DNA of 56,083 nt from Elusimicrobiota bacterium (GTDB taxonomy: Bacteria; CG03; SLGR01; JBDRKX01), in the NCBI GenBank assembly GCA_043813605.1, contig JBDRKX010000102.1:1-56083 (forward strand), written 5' to 3'. Numbering within the stretch: the stretch's first letter is position 1; every line of letters starts with the position of its first letter. Shown one piece after another: positions 1 through 11,000 of this stretch. Under the pieces are notes generated by a model. That model was not told the DNA's origin and did not search any database. It saw only the letters and a list, made by a program, of their open reading frames with translations. The translations under genes and the position numbers were made by a program.

Positions 1-1270
1 ACATCCTCCAATGTATAAATTTTGTCGCCCTGATCATCTGATTCTTTTCTTGTCTGGGAAATTTTCAATCCTTTACCTGCAAATTCGTCAAGCATTATCA
101 CATCTTTGCCGACAACCATTCCCAAATATTTGATATAGTCTTTCAGCGCATCCATATACACCGTGCCTTCTGCAGATTCATCCCCTCCCGTAAGTATAAG
201 ACACATCTTGGTTTTATCCGCTTTATCAGGATACCTGTCTTTCTGCATCTTCAGGTTCTTGATGGCGTATTCGATACTTTTTCTTTCAACTATCCTGACG
301 ACATTCGCTATTATAAAATCATCTTCTTCAACTCCTATACGCCGCCTGAAATCACTGTTAAACACATCTATTTCCGGCGGAGATTCGGTAAAATCCATCA
401 CATTCGGTGCAATATTGTCTATGGTCAACAGCCTGTTCGCTTCCCTGAGATAATGTTCCGCTCTTTCAAAATCTTTTCTATCCCTGGAATCATCAGCACG
501 CTTCATAAGCCTGTTATAAAGCTGGGTATTAGCTTCAGAGTTAATGAATACCTGCACTATATTCTCTCCTACAAGCGGGAATGCATGGGCCAGGTAATCG
601 TGTATCTTGTCGTTAAGACGGTTTTCCGGCTGGTATCTTCTTCTTTCGAACCAGAAATCATGGTTATGGTTGATAAAAGTAACGTCTTTACGTTTTTCAG
701 CAACCCTCGCTACAGCAACTCCAAGAGGTATCTGCATCGGAATAGTACTTGAATTCTCCAGTATGACAATCCTGTTGCCTGTTGTGTCTATCCAATCCCC
801 TATCTGCCTTTCAAGAATACTGCTCTGATGTTCAACGAGCTGTTCTACTATCCGGTTCAAAAGAGGCCTTAATTTGTCCATCACTGCCATGTTAAGCGGC
901 AGCCCTATTGACAGGGCACTATCAGCATCAATTAATATCTGTTCTTCTGCAGATCGGATCAGGCGTACAGTCTCGTCATCTAAAATACCGGATCTAAAAG
1001 CTCCCTTTAAGCCCGCGATCACTTCTTTCACACTTGTCAGTTCCGTAAATGTAAGTTTTATTATCAGTTCATTAATAGGCTCTGAAAAAGAAACGCCGGG
1101 ATTCATATGCGTTTTATCTATTCCTTTTGTCTTTATAAATCCTTCACCTATTAGTAAATTAACCGCTGCGCCCGCTCTTTTCAGGATTTTTATCCACTTT
1201 TCGGTTTCAAGGGCCACTCCGTCAATACCGCCCATCCTGGTAACAAGTATCCCTGTCTTTATCCCCTTCT
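1..1270 (-). other. GT-B (GT4-like) glycosyltransferase-like domain inside giant 3, truncated by the window edge
   Basis: KTGILVTRMGGIDGVALETEKWIKILKRAGAAVNLLIGEG has the strand / GG loop / helix layout of GT4 N-domains. Later FIIANVVRIVERKSIEYAIKNLK...CLILTGGD looks like the start of the C-domain. Motif-level only. Confidence 0.4.
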
Positions 1271-4200
1271 GCCCCATCCGTTCAAGTACTTTTTTAAGTT
1301 CGCTTTCCGGCACAGCTCTCAGCATATCCCTTTCCTGCTCCGCAACTAATTCTGCGTCGGTAATACGTTCTTTAATAACTTCCGGTTTAACCTCCACTGC
1401 CGGCTCCGGAGCTTCAGTTGCTTTCGGTACTTCCCCGACCTCAGGTTCTTCCGGTACTTCCCTGACTTCAGGAGTTTCAGGTTCTATAGGAGCCTTTACA
1501 GCAGGCGAAACAGCTGCTTCCTCTTCTATGGGAGCCCTTGCGAACCTTCTCTTTGCCCGCTGAAGGCTGTTCCTGCGTATAATAAAAAGGGTGATACCGG
1601 TCAATGCCGCTGCCGTAATACCTCCAAAAGTAAGTGCCGCCGTGGAAAGGACACCGGCCATCATATAAGCCGCGGCGCCGACAATTACCAGCGCAACCGT
1701 TCCGATAATCAGGTATTTATACCTGGAGAATAGATCCGCCGCATCAAACCTTTTTCTTATGACTCTCCTTACTTCAGCCCTGGGGGCCGACGGGGCTTCT
1801 TCTGCAACTTCTTCCCTGGTTTCAGGCCGGACCGGTTCAGGTTCAAACGTTTCCGGCAGTTCCGCCGGCAGTTCGGCCGTTTCACTGACCGGAGCTCTTG
1901 TGATATCAGGTACTGCTCCCATAGCTCCTGTTACGGCTTCTCCGAGAAAAGCGGTTATCCGAGGCTGTGTCTCATTATACACTTCTTCCCAATCGCGGGT
2001 ATCCTCACGCCCGATTTCAACTCTTGATTCTTTCCCTATAATTACGGATATATCAGCCAATCCTCCCCTTGCCGCAACAACTTTATCTACCGGGAATCCC
2101 AGCAGTATATCGGTACGCCAGTCTTTCTCCAGCTCCTGGACCGGCCTTGAAAAGAATTCTTCAAGATATTCGGCGATATCGGCTTCCGCCGCCATATTAA
2201 AATTACTCTCTCCCGTATGCGCATGAGTACGCTTTATAGCGGTTAACACTGCGGATTCATCATACAGGAACTGTCTTCCACCGGCGGTAAATACTCCCAG
2301 TTTACTGTCCGCTGCCGAGTTTATACCGTTAAGCCAGCCCTGTATTTCGGCTTTTTTCACATCAGCATCAACACTTGTTACCGGTTTCAACCCTGAAACA
2401 GTAGCCGCTATTTCAAGCTTATCCCTGCTTACAAGGTGAGCATGTTTTCCGTCTGACCGTGCTGCTGAGATCCTTTTTGATATATCAAGGCGTTTGAGCT
2501 CTATTTCCAGTTCACCGGATTCTTCTTCAGACAGGACCCTCAACTTTCCTTTACTGTTAACCGCAATAGCTTTCTTCTCCCCGCTCAGGTTAAGGATAAA
2601 TACAATCTCTTTGTCGCGATCCCTATGTATGATCTCTTCTATAAAGAACCTGAACCTCACAGTACCGGCTGCTTTTGCGTTTTCTGCAGCCCATTGACCC
2701 ACAAAAGCGCTTACCAGCCGGGAGATCTCGGCGCTCTTATAACCGTGTTTTTCAAGCACAGCCCTTACATATGAACTGACAGCTCGCGCCACTATCCTTC
2801 TTGCGAGCCACGGCCTGTCGAGGAACGTAGGCAGACTGAGATTCTGCAGTATCATCTCTTCGTAACTGACCACTTCTTCTCCCCTGAGCAGTGAATAGTA
2901 GAGCCTCATATCTTCTTCCGTATATGATGTTACGCGCGGTATGATTATCGTATACGGGATATTTCTATTTTTCAGTTCTCTTGCGACGCCATATGTATGG
3001 AATCCGCCCGTAACCATGACAAGATTGTTCCCTGTACCGGAAAAACTGTCCTCAAATTTATTTATGAAACTGAGATCCCTCTTCTTTGCTATTTCGTAGA
3101 AACTCCCCATTTCCTGAACATGCTGTTTGAGCATGAGAAGGGCCGAGTCTATTGCCGAGAACTCTTTTTTGTACTGTATTTTCAGCATATTGAACTTTTC
3201 TTCAAATTCACCGGCCCGGGCATAGAACCTGTCAAGTTCATCACGGGTTATCTGGTTCAGCAGGAATTTTACCATAAGCTGTATATAGTTACTTATAAAC
3301 ACGAAATCCTTCTCATTATCGTTCTTGCCTAATGCACATGATATTTCTTCTACGACCTTGTTCTCTTCTCCCACGATACTGTAAGTATTAAGCTCCTTGG
3401 AGAGTTCTACGGTTTCTATGTAGTTTTTAAGATTGGAATATGCAGGATCAGTGAATATGAGCCTCGACATCTTCTCACGCATAACACCCGAACTGCTGAA
3501 AAATTCCTTAAACCTCTTGAATGTCACAGAAATATCTGGTTTTCCCTCATAATCCAGCTTCATGACTTTCATGAGTTTCCTGTATTCTTTTTCGACCTTG
3601 CTGAAATCGATGGTTTCCTGCCGCTGGGCAAGTTTCATATACCTGTTGTACTCCTCGGATATGCCCGCGACAGGTTTATCTGCTATTTTGGCCCACCCTG
3701 TAAGATGTTTCTGAAAGATGTACGGGGAAATAAGATCCTGTTTGTACTGGACATACTGTGACCTGAATTTCTGCAGATCTGAAGAACAGATGCTGCTTTC
3801 AGCGGTTTTAAGAAGGAATTTGATCCTTTCAAGGTATTCTACTATCTCCGGACGGCGGTTCAGTGAGGAGAGCAGTATCTGCGTATCCTGCCTGTAGAAG
3901 TCTTCATTATCCAGTCCTTCCAGTATCGGCGGATCCTTATATGCCGCGAATTCTTCTGCCCCGTTAACAAATCCTTTTTTCATGAAATAATGTATTACAT
4001 CCGCTTTCACCCTGATATCAGGGATGGAATAGAGAAGGGATACATCCACATCCGCAGAATTACCTTCTGTCCCGACCCTTTCTATACCGTAGTTGTTATC
4101 TATATGCGTCAGTATGCCCTTTATGTTCTTCTGGACTTCGTAATTTGCATGCAGATCCTGTATAAGTATAACCCTGGATTTAGAACTTCCCTGCATATAC

Positions 4201-4379
4201 GTTTCTACAACCTGACCAAACTCAAACGGTATTTGGATAGGTTCCATACGGGCGACAGCGGTATTAGCGGCTATATATTTGCTGGCATAAGTATAATCGT
4301 TGAATACATAGACGAATACAAAGGATATAATGAGCATCCAGCTTATTAACCTGAAATAACCGCTTTTCAGCATTTTCAT
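1..4379 (-). CDS. Giant multi-domain membrane protein 3, N-terminal 1,459 codons (3' end lies beyond the window start)
   Basis: Manual minus-strand translation from ATG at 4379 (MKMLKSGYFRLISWMLIISFVFVYVFNDYTYA...) stays open to position 3. Frame checked at 4379-4260, at 2999 (LVMVTGGFH) and at 1-60 (...SQTRKESDDQGDKIYTLED). It is absent from the ORF track only because no stop lies in the window. The first ~540 aa are paralogous to the giant 2 N-terminus. The + strand ORFs listed for 163..4349 are low-complexity antisense shadows. Confidence 0.85.
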   Translation of the reverse strand, partial: MKMLKSGYFRLISWMLIISFVFVYVFNDYTYASKYIAANTAVARMEPIQIPFEFGQVVETYMQGSSKSRVILIQDLHANYEVQKNIKGILTHIDNNYGIERVGTEGNSADVDVSLLYSIPDIRVKADVIHYFMKKGFVNGAEEFAAYKDPPILEGLDNEDFYRQDTQILLSSLNRRPEIVEYLERIKFLLKTAESSICSSDLQKFRSQYVQYKQDLISPYIFQKHLTGWAKIADKPVAGISEEYNRYMKLAQRQETIDFSKVEKEYRKLMKVMKLDYEGKPDISVTFKRFKEFFSSSGVMREKMSRLIFTDPAYSNLKNYIETVELSKELNTYSIVGEENKVVEEISCALGKNDNEKDFVFISNYIQLMVKFLLNQITRDELDRFYARAGEFEEKFNMLKIQYKKEFSAIDSALLMLKQHVQEMGSFYEIAKKRDLSFINKFEDSFSGTGNNLVMVTGGFHTYGVARELKNRNIPYTIIIPRVTSYTEEDMRLYYSLLRGEEVVSYEEMILQNLSLPTFLDRPWLARRIVARAVSSYVRAVLEKHGYKSAEISRLVSAFVGQWAAENAKAAGTVRFRFFIEEIIHRDRDKEIVFILNLSGEKKAIAVNSKGKLRVLSEEESGELEIELKRLDISKRISAARSDGKHAHLVSRDKLEIAATVSGLKPVTSVDADVKKAEIQGWLNGINSAADSKLGVFTAGGRQFLYDESAVLTAIKRTHAHTGESNFNMAAEADIAEYLEEFFSRPVQELEKDWRTDILLGFPVDKVVAARGGLADISVIIGKESRVEIGREDTRDWEEVYNETQPRITAFLGEAVTGAMGAVPDITRAPVSETAELPAELPETFEPEPVRPETREEVAEEAPSAPRAEVRRVIRKRFDAADLFSRYKYLIIGTVALVIVGAAAYMMAGVLSTAALTFGGITAAALTGITLFIIRRNSLQRAKRRFARAPIEEEAAVSPAVKAPIEPETPEVREVPEEPEVGEVPKATEAPEPAVEVKPEVIKERITDAELVAEQERDMLRAVPESELKKVLERMGQKGIKTGILVTRMGGIDGVALETEKWIKILKRAGAAVNLLIGEGFIKTKGIDKTHMNPGVSFSEPINELIIKLTFTELTSVKEVIAGLKGAFRSGILDDETVRLIRSAEEQILIDADSALSIGLPLNMAVMDKLRPLLNRIVEQLVEHQSSILERQIGDWIDTTGNRIVILENSSTIPMQIPLGVAVARVAEKRKDVTFINHNHDFWFERRRYQPENRLNDKIHDYLAHAFPLVGENIVQVFINSEANTQLYNRLMKRADDSRDRKDFERAEHYLREANRLLTIDNIAPNVMDFTESPPEIDVFNSDFRRRIGVEEDDFIIANVVRIVERKSIEYAIKNLKMQKDRYPDKADKTKMCLILTGGDESAEGTVYMDALKDYIKYLGMVVGKDVIMLDEFAGKGLKISQTRKESDDQGDKIYTLED
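1580..1722 (-). other. Pair of transmembrane helices in giant 3
   Basis: YKYLIIGTVALVIVGAAAYMMAGVLSTAALTFGGITAAALTGITLFIIRRN: two hydrophobic stretches flanked by basic residues. Confidence 0.6.
2750..4379 (-). other. N-terminal ~540-aa module shared by giants 2 and 3 (possible ChaN/Tiki-like fold)
   Basis: By-eye alignment, giant 3 vs giant 2: ILIQDLHANYEVQKNIKGILTHIDNNYGIERVGTEG vs ILIQDLHANFEVQKNISGILEHIDTNYGISKIGLEG; KFLLNQITRDELDRFY vs KFLLNQITREELDVFY; LVMVTGGFHTYGVARELKNRNIPYTIIIPRVTS vs IVMVTGGFHSEGVARHLKEKAINYTIVAPRVTS. The fold assignment is weak. Confidence 0.7.
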
Positions 4380-4413
4380 CGCTCTTCTATTCCCCTTTTT
4401 CCTCTTCCGGCAT

Positions 4414-4457
4414 AAAAAAAACCCGCACTCTGCTCATTTTTAAACAAAGTGCGGGTT
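4414..4457 (-). terminator. Conserved hairpin + T8, copy A (intrinsic-terminator-like), between small ORF A and giant 3
   Basis: Minus strand reads AACCCGCACT-(18 nt loop)-AGTGCGGGTT followed by TTTTTT: a perfect 10-bp stem and a T8 run in total. The TAA stop of small ORF A (4440-4442) lies in the loop. The giant 3 ATG is 35 nt downstream of the T run. Confidence 0.7.
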
Positions 4458-4976
4458 AATTCTGCGGGCATACATAGATGCCCACCCGTACATCAAAATT
4501 GGATTCATATCATACTTGTCTGCCAGACATTCGATACACCTATCCCTTGGTGTAACAAATTCAGCCCTCCATCGTAGATAATATTGAATACCAGGCGGGG
4601 CATGGGCATCCTCCTTTGTGAACAGGGACATATCCTTAGCTGCTTGAGACAAAGCACTCAGTATCAGTATCAACAGTAATAACGTCTTTTCATTACAGAC
4701 CAGTACACTGCTTAACAGGAAAAATACAAGGCCGGAATTCTTGTTTCTTTCTCTCTGTTTCCGGGTACTGGATTCTACAGGTACTGCATTCTTTTCAAAC
4801 GGGTTCCTGTTCAGGAAATTGTTGATAACAAGGACTGTTTTCCCCGGGTACGGTATAGCAGTTTTTACAAGTATAAAGCTTTTATTTACCACACCGGGTA
4901 GTTGGACGAGTCCAAAGAAAGAGAAACTCAATATGACTATGGCTATTGCCAAAGATATGACTTTATGTTTAGTCAT
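4440..4976 (-). CDS. Small three-TM membrane protein, paralogue A (unknown family)
   Basis: The ORF track gives 4440..5060, but residues 1-28 (MIINFTYISHIFHTYFTKKYY...) are translated from the 11-bp repeat array. Paralogues B and C start directly at a basic N-terminus plus TM helix, which matches Met29 (ATG at 4976, MTKHKVISLAIAIVILSF). The C-terminus QYYLRWRAEFVTPRDRCIECLADKYDMNPILMYGWASMYARRINPHFV aligns with B. Confidence 0.75.
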   Translation of the reverse strand: MTKHKVISLAIAIVILSFSFFGLVQLPGVVNKSFILVKTAIPYPGKTVLVINNFLNRNPFEKNAVPVESSTRKQRERNKNSGLVFFLLSSVLVCNEKTLLLLILILSALSQAAKDMSLFTKEDAHAPPGIQYYLRWRAEFVTPRDRCIECLADKYDMNPILMYGWASMYARRINPHFV

Positions 4977-5009
4977 AATAGGTCTTATATATATAGTATA
5001 ATACTTTTT

Positions 5010-5053
5010 TGTGAAATATGTGTGAAATATGTGTGAAATATATGTAAAATTAA
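5010..5053 (-). promoter_or_regulatory. Four tandem 11-bp direct repeats (tgtgaaatatg x2, tgtgaaatata, tgtaaaattaa) upstream of small ORF A
   Basis: Exact 11-bp phasing is read directly from the sequence. On the coding strand each unit contains a -35-like TTCACA/TTTACA. The same motif family occurs at 25270-25321, 54229-54250 and 55859-55880. Confidence 0.55.
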
Positions 5054-5059
5054 TTATCA

Positions 5060-8000
5060 TTATGTTGCCGTAAACACTCCTGCCACCTTATTCAGGTTAG
5101 GTATTATCGATTCATCCGGCTCCAACTGACGGCCGGTAAGTATCCTCATATGACGATCCAGAAGGTCGAGTATTGATACCCGGCCGCCGCCCATAAATGC
5201 GGCTGCTGCTACTGCATCCCATCTCTTATTACCGGATAATCCCATTTCTACTATAGTAACCGGCATTGTGACGACAGCTTTTCCGAGTCTGCTTATAGCC
5301 ATCACAAGCTGGCGTACACCGGATTTCAGCTTGAGTTCAAGAGTCTTTTCTTCTGTCACTTCTACCATTCCCGCAGATGTAGGCACATCTTCTATCTGCT
5401 TCTGGCCAAGGAACTTCATATTTATCCTTCCTACTTCTTCTATAATGCGTAAAGCTTTTTCCGGCATTTCCTGGCCTTCAGGCAGATTCATCACCAGGGC
5501 CACAAACTGGCTGATCTCTTCTTCTCCTGCCTTGACCTTGTTAAATGAGAATACGGTATTGAACCAGATAGGCAGCGCTATCGCTTCAATATCTGTCATA
5601 TGAGGCGCCAGTTCTTCCATATAGTCCTCCAAGTATTCAGTTAAATGCAGATTCTGGCTGGAATAACCGGCTATCATGGCCCGGAGTACGTTTACCGTGA
5701 TATTCATGTCTTTTGACCTGTCCAGAAGCTCAATGATCTTCCTGTAAGTAGCCTGGTTTATAGTCAATACACCATCTGCATAAGAGGTCTTTTCTCCTGT
5801 ACGAAGTTCTTCTATGCCCAGTTGTGCGGCCAGCAACGATTTTTCACTGAAGTTTTCGGGTATCCGTTTTACGGAAGATATCAGACGCTGCCAGATATTC
5901 CCGCCTGTTGTCGTGACTGCCGGTTCCCTTGCCGCCATCTCATCCCATTTTACGGCAAAATCACCGGCTGAAGTATCAAAAGCCCGCGTTTTCTCAACCG
6001 AGGCTTCCTGGGCCATCTCATCGACTATCCTCATGGCATCCCGGTCGCTCACGCCCATCTTTACCATATCGTCTACCCAGTTATGATAATCCCTGGTATA
6101 GCTGCCTGTATAACCGTGATATACACCGGCAAATGCGGACAATAAGACCGGCTCATTCACAGTATCACCAGTATATATGCCGCTGAAATTAAATGCCAGC
6201 GTGAAATCATATACGAATTCCGCCCAGTTTTCCGCGGACATATGGAACCGTTCCTGTAAGCGGCCGCTGTCGATCTGCGACATACGGGAAAGCTGGTTAA
6301 AAAGTGCCGGGCGCAGAACCTGTCTGTATACTTCTTCGTAACGGGTAAAATTCTCCTGGAATGCCGTCATACCGGCTTTCCAGTCTCCTATATGGTTGCC
6401 TTCGCTAACTACAGGAAGATCAACGCCTGCCAGCCTGTCCATGGCGGAACCGGTATCAACCGTTCTTGCCGGATCGAATTCAGAAACGACCAGACCGTTA
6501 AATACGATCAATTCAGCCGCTTTACCCGCTATAACCGACAGTATCCCGGCTAAACCTTCTATACTCACAAAATCCTTTTCATCTATATCTACCCGGAGAG
6601 CGACGGCGGCTGACCTGACAAACTCGGTATCATAATCTGTAAATTCCTGTGCATTGAGCCCATCAATATCCTTGAGCATATCGGCGCCCAACTGCCCGTA
6701 TTTTTCCAGTTTAAGTATGATATTGTCTCTCATCACGTTTCCATTACTGTCAAGAAGAGGTATATTGCGTATTTCTTCTATCGCCGCATCTATTTCACCA
6801 GGTGTCATGCGGGTTGAACCAATTTCAGGAATTTTTTCTTCAGGCGCGGCTTCGGCGACAGGAGCAGGCGCTTTTGGCGCTATGTCTTCTATTTCCCGGG
6901 GAGAAATGATCCTGTCTGCAACAGAATCAGTGTTATATGTACTGAAAATATCAAATTGCGGACTGATAAAAAATGAGAATTCATATGGATGTTTGTATTC
7001 TATCGGTTCCTTAGCGTCTACGGTCTGGTATGTTTGGGGAAGTCTCAGCATGCCTATATCCGGAGGCGATTTATTTGTGAAAGTTCTCAACCATTCCGAT
7101 ATAGCTGTATCTACTCCATCTCCTATGATACCTTTCAGCCACACAAGGGCTTCGGGGCTGAGCCTGTAAAGGCGCGATATTATCGAATGTATCGGCCGTT
7201 TATCTTTACCGCTGAATACTTCTTTAACATTATCCAGGGACCTCTCATCCTCGTTCAATCCCCTTAATGCGGTCTGCTGAGGTATTGCCAGCAATATGTT
7301 TACCGGCTGAGAGACTATCTTATCAACATTGGCTTTTCCTATAAAGCCTGCCAGTTGGCTAAACCCGGCTTCTGATACAAGAGCTTTTTCGATCTTGGCT
7401 ATTTTTGAGATATATTTTGCCGAGGTACCTTTAACGACGTAATTATTAAATCTCTTTATATCAGCGTTCTTTATCTCTACTATATATATATTGCCGTCCA
7501 GCTCTATAATAGCGTCTAACTCGACCAGCGGCCCGATATTATCCGTTATTGTAATCCCTGTACTAAGTACCTTTGCACCGATGTTCATCAGGTTATCCAG
7601 GCCCACTAGTTCGGCAAAGAAATTGTTTATATCAGACAGATTTATGGGTTTCCTTTCTTCACTCATGTATTCATTTATTATATTGGCAATCGTGTTTAAA
7701 GTACCTAATACCCCGGGTATTTCGATCGTATTAGCTATCACTTCATGGATATATGGATTTATCTCCAAACCTGTTTGAGTTTTATTAAAAGCGAATACTG
7801 CTCCGAGATTTCCAAGATGTTTAATAAGATCTTCATTGATGGACGGGGTAGTTGCTGCAAGGTTAAAAAATTTGCCTAATACCGGAAGGATCCGCGGGTT
7901 ATCAACAGCCAGATTCAGCGACCTGACTGTCAGCGCCCTGGCAGCATCTGAATCGCTGCTCTTTTCTATTACTTCAATAATAGAGGATATCTGCTGCCGG

Positions 8001-11000
8001 AATCCTGTCCTGTCTTCAGGACTCATACTTGCAAGCAGCGATTCTATAACATCCGCTTTCATACCCATTTCTGCGAGCATCTCAGGTAACCCCATTTCTT
8101 CTTCAGTAACCTCTCTTTTTTCAGATACAACGGGTTCTTCTGCGGGTTTTACCGCTTCTTTTCTTGCCCTATAGTTTCTCCATACCCCTAAAGCAATGAT
8201 TCCGGCTATAACAAGCGCAAACGCTCCTGCTAACCACACATAGTTGCTGTTAACAAAAGTCTGCATCATGGTTATCAGGTTATCCAGGCCGGACGGCTCT
8301 ACGATACTCTGTGCGGCACTGATAACATTTTCAGCAGCATCTCTGACGACGAGATCAAGGTTTTCGGGAACAGCAGCCGTTAACTTCCCAACGACCTGTT
8401 CTTTAAGCGGTTCGGCAACCGGACCGGCAGTATCTATTATTGTCTGAACAGCCTGCTTAACCGGTTCGACAGTCTTCATTAGTAATTCCTGGCCAGGTTG
8501 TATCAGTTCCGGGTTTAAGGCAACTTTAGGATTGTTTGAGATTATCTCTTTTACAAAATTCGCTATCTGCTGGTTCGTAGGACTGTCTATGCCTATTCCC
8601 TCAAGGTACTGCCGCGCTATCCTCCAGAGTGAATTACCCGGCTTTACAACCGCAAGTACCTGTGACCCGCGCATTACTATTTCAGCAGCTACGCTTGTGC
8701 CTACATTGCCGAGAAAAGTCAGTATCCCGGCAAATATCCCCAGTCCGGCTACTACCGCTGGTTTCAGTATACCGGCCTTTTTAACAGGTGCAGTTTCTGC
8801 TGCCGGTTCTGAAACCACTATTCTCCTGTCCTGCATTGTCCTGGCTATCACAGATTTTACAAGCGGATATTTACGATATATAGCATCAAAATATCCCCTG
8901 TGAATAGCAATGATCCTGGCACCTTCGCTCCCTGCCCTGACAGTGGCAGTACGAACGGCATCCTGATTAAGGAGAGCTATTTCACCAAAATAGTCATTCA
9001 GTTCAACATTAGCTACATACTTGTCTTCTCCTGCTTCATCTTTCTTTAGTACCTGTGCTGAACCCTCTACAAGGATATAAATGAAGTCTCCTGTTGTGTT
9101 TTCTTTAATTATGTCCTCTCCGGGCTGGAACGAATCTTCCATAACAAGAGACGCGATCAAAGTCCTTATATTATCAGGCAGGCTCCTGAACAGAGTAGAA
9201 TCAGCTATATGTTTCTGGTTTTTCCATGTATTAAGGAGTATTTTCTTCACATTTTTCGTGAGATCCCCCGGATAAACCGGTGTATACTCAATATTCGTCA
9301 TCGCTATTACGGTAGCGTTTGTTTCAACACCTTTCTCGGATAATGCCGATAGTCCCACAATGTCTCCGGGACCCGCTATAGCAATTTCTTTTCCTGTTTT
9401 TTCATCAATAATGCGGACACTTCCTTTTCTTATGAAAAACGCTTTATTAATAATAGTTTCCTGAGTTATAAGTTTTTCACCTTTATAAGATTTTTCTATT
9501 GATTTTCGTCCGAAAATGCCGCGTTTTCCTTTAAGAAGGTTTCTTATCTGTCTTTTCTGGATAGGATTTAGATAGCCGTTCTCAAGCGCATTTGCCAGCA
9601 CAAGAGAATCTACAGGTGCTTTGCCGTTAAATACCGGATCGCCTATTTTAACGACTTCGCCTACTGATACCGGTTCTAAACCGGTCATCTGCCTGTCATT
9701 CTCATCCTGGTAATGTATGCCCAGCATATTCTTTGTAATATCGTCTGTTGTCCTGCCATAGTGGGCACCTGCGGCTTTTACCAGTTTTGCCACATCCTGA
9801 TGAACCGGATCGCCTTTTTTAGCGTCAATAAAAAGTTTATCCACCCCGACGAAAAGAAAATCTACTATATCAGTCGCTTTTTCTTTCTTAAGGACAACTT
9901 TTTCCTCACCTTTATCGTCAATAGTTATTTCTTCAAGAATACCTGTTTCGGCGTTATATATATCCGATGCCATGACAAAAACACCGCCGCCGACATTTTT
10001 CGGAGCTTCGATCCTTATTGCAGCAGTAGGTATACTGTGTTCCACCATCTGAAGTATCACTTTAGTACCGCCCGGCAACTCAATAGTTTTTCCATCTTCG
10101 TTCATTTCGGCAAATATCACATTCTTTCTGAGGTCCTGACCGGTCATAAGTTTACTCTTTTTTGAAGCCTGCTCGAGTATGGTCTCCATGCTCTTTCTTA
10201 CCATCCCCTGTTCAACTATGACCTGTACGCCTCTCTGCGCGCCCGAAAGCATCCCTTCAATATGGTCCGGATGGTTATGCGATATTATTATGTAATCTAC
10301 GTCAGTAGGCAGGCCGCGCGCCTGAAGCACCCTGTCCGCTTCAGCGTGCGGGTCGATGAGTATCTTTGTCAGGGAACCGTCAGCGTTCCGGATCGCTACA
10401 TACATTGAAGTATTAAGCGCCGCTCCCGTTGTCCTTCCAAACGATCCAACACCTATAGGCACAGCTATCATCCCCTTATCAGGCATAGACACAGGTTCTG
10501 CTTCCCATTCGCCAAGATCGTAGTCAAACGGCCTATTGTCAGACAGGTCAAATGTCTTTTCATTGACTTCTACTTTACCATCATGCATCGTAATAGAAAC
10601 ATTCCGGCCCAGATTAGCGATATCTCCTTCATCTAACACCATAAAATCGACTATATGATGTACGCCGAACGGTTTTCCTTCCCTTAATTCCACAGGACCG
10701 AGGAACATCTCAGCAATGAGCGGCTCAAGTATTGCCCGCTGTTCACTGGTCACTATAAGCGTTATCCTCGGGTCCCGGCGCGGCCATCTGCCTCTCACCC
10801 TGCCGTATTCATCTGTTACTATGTTGCCATCTCCATCCCTATACATGGTCTCATTGAACATAAAGAACGCAGGCCTCGAATCAGGACTTCCTTTTTCTGC
10901 TTTAAAATCTATCGGCCCGAATATGTTCCCGGCGTTCATATCAAACACATGATCGAATATCATGTTCATTATCACCGGGATAAGATTAGTCCCGTCTTCT

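Noticed and set aside
163-4349. Thirteen + strand ORFs (60-229 aa) covering the first 4.3 kb
   Set aside because: They are Ser/Ile/Leu-rich low-complexity translations, antisense to an open minus-strand frame with clear homology to giant 2. They are shadow ORFs of giant 3.
4379-4440. Mini-ORFs starting in the hairpin loops (MSRVRVFFMPEEEKGE at site A, MSRVRVFFMNK at site B)
   Set aside because: Their similarity follows automatically from the conserved stem and T8 nucleotides. No ribosome-binding site is evident, and the sequences after the T run are unrelated.
4977-5060. An 84-nt N-terminal extension of small ORF A, giving a TAATG stop-start overlap with giant 2
   Set aside because: The extension is translated from the 11-bp repeat array and has no counterpart in paralogues B and C. 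Met29 (4976) aligns with their starts. The longer form cannot be fully excluded.
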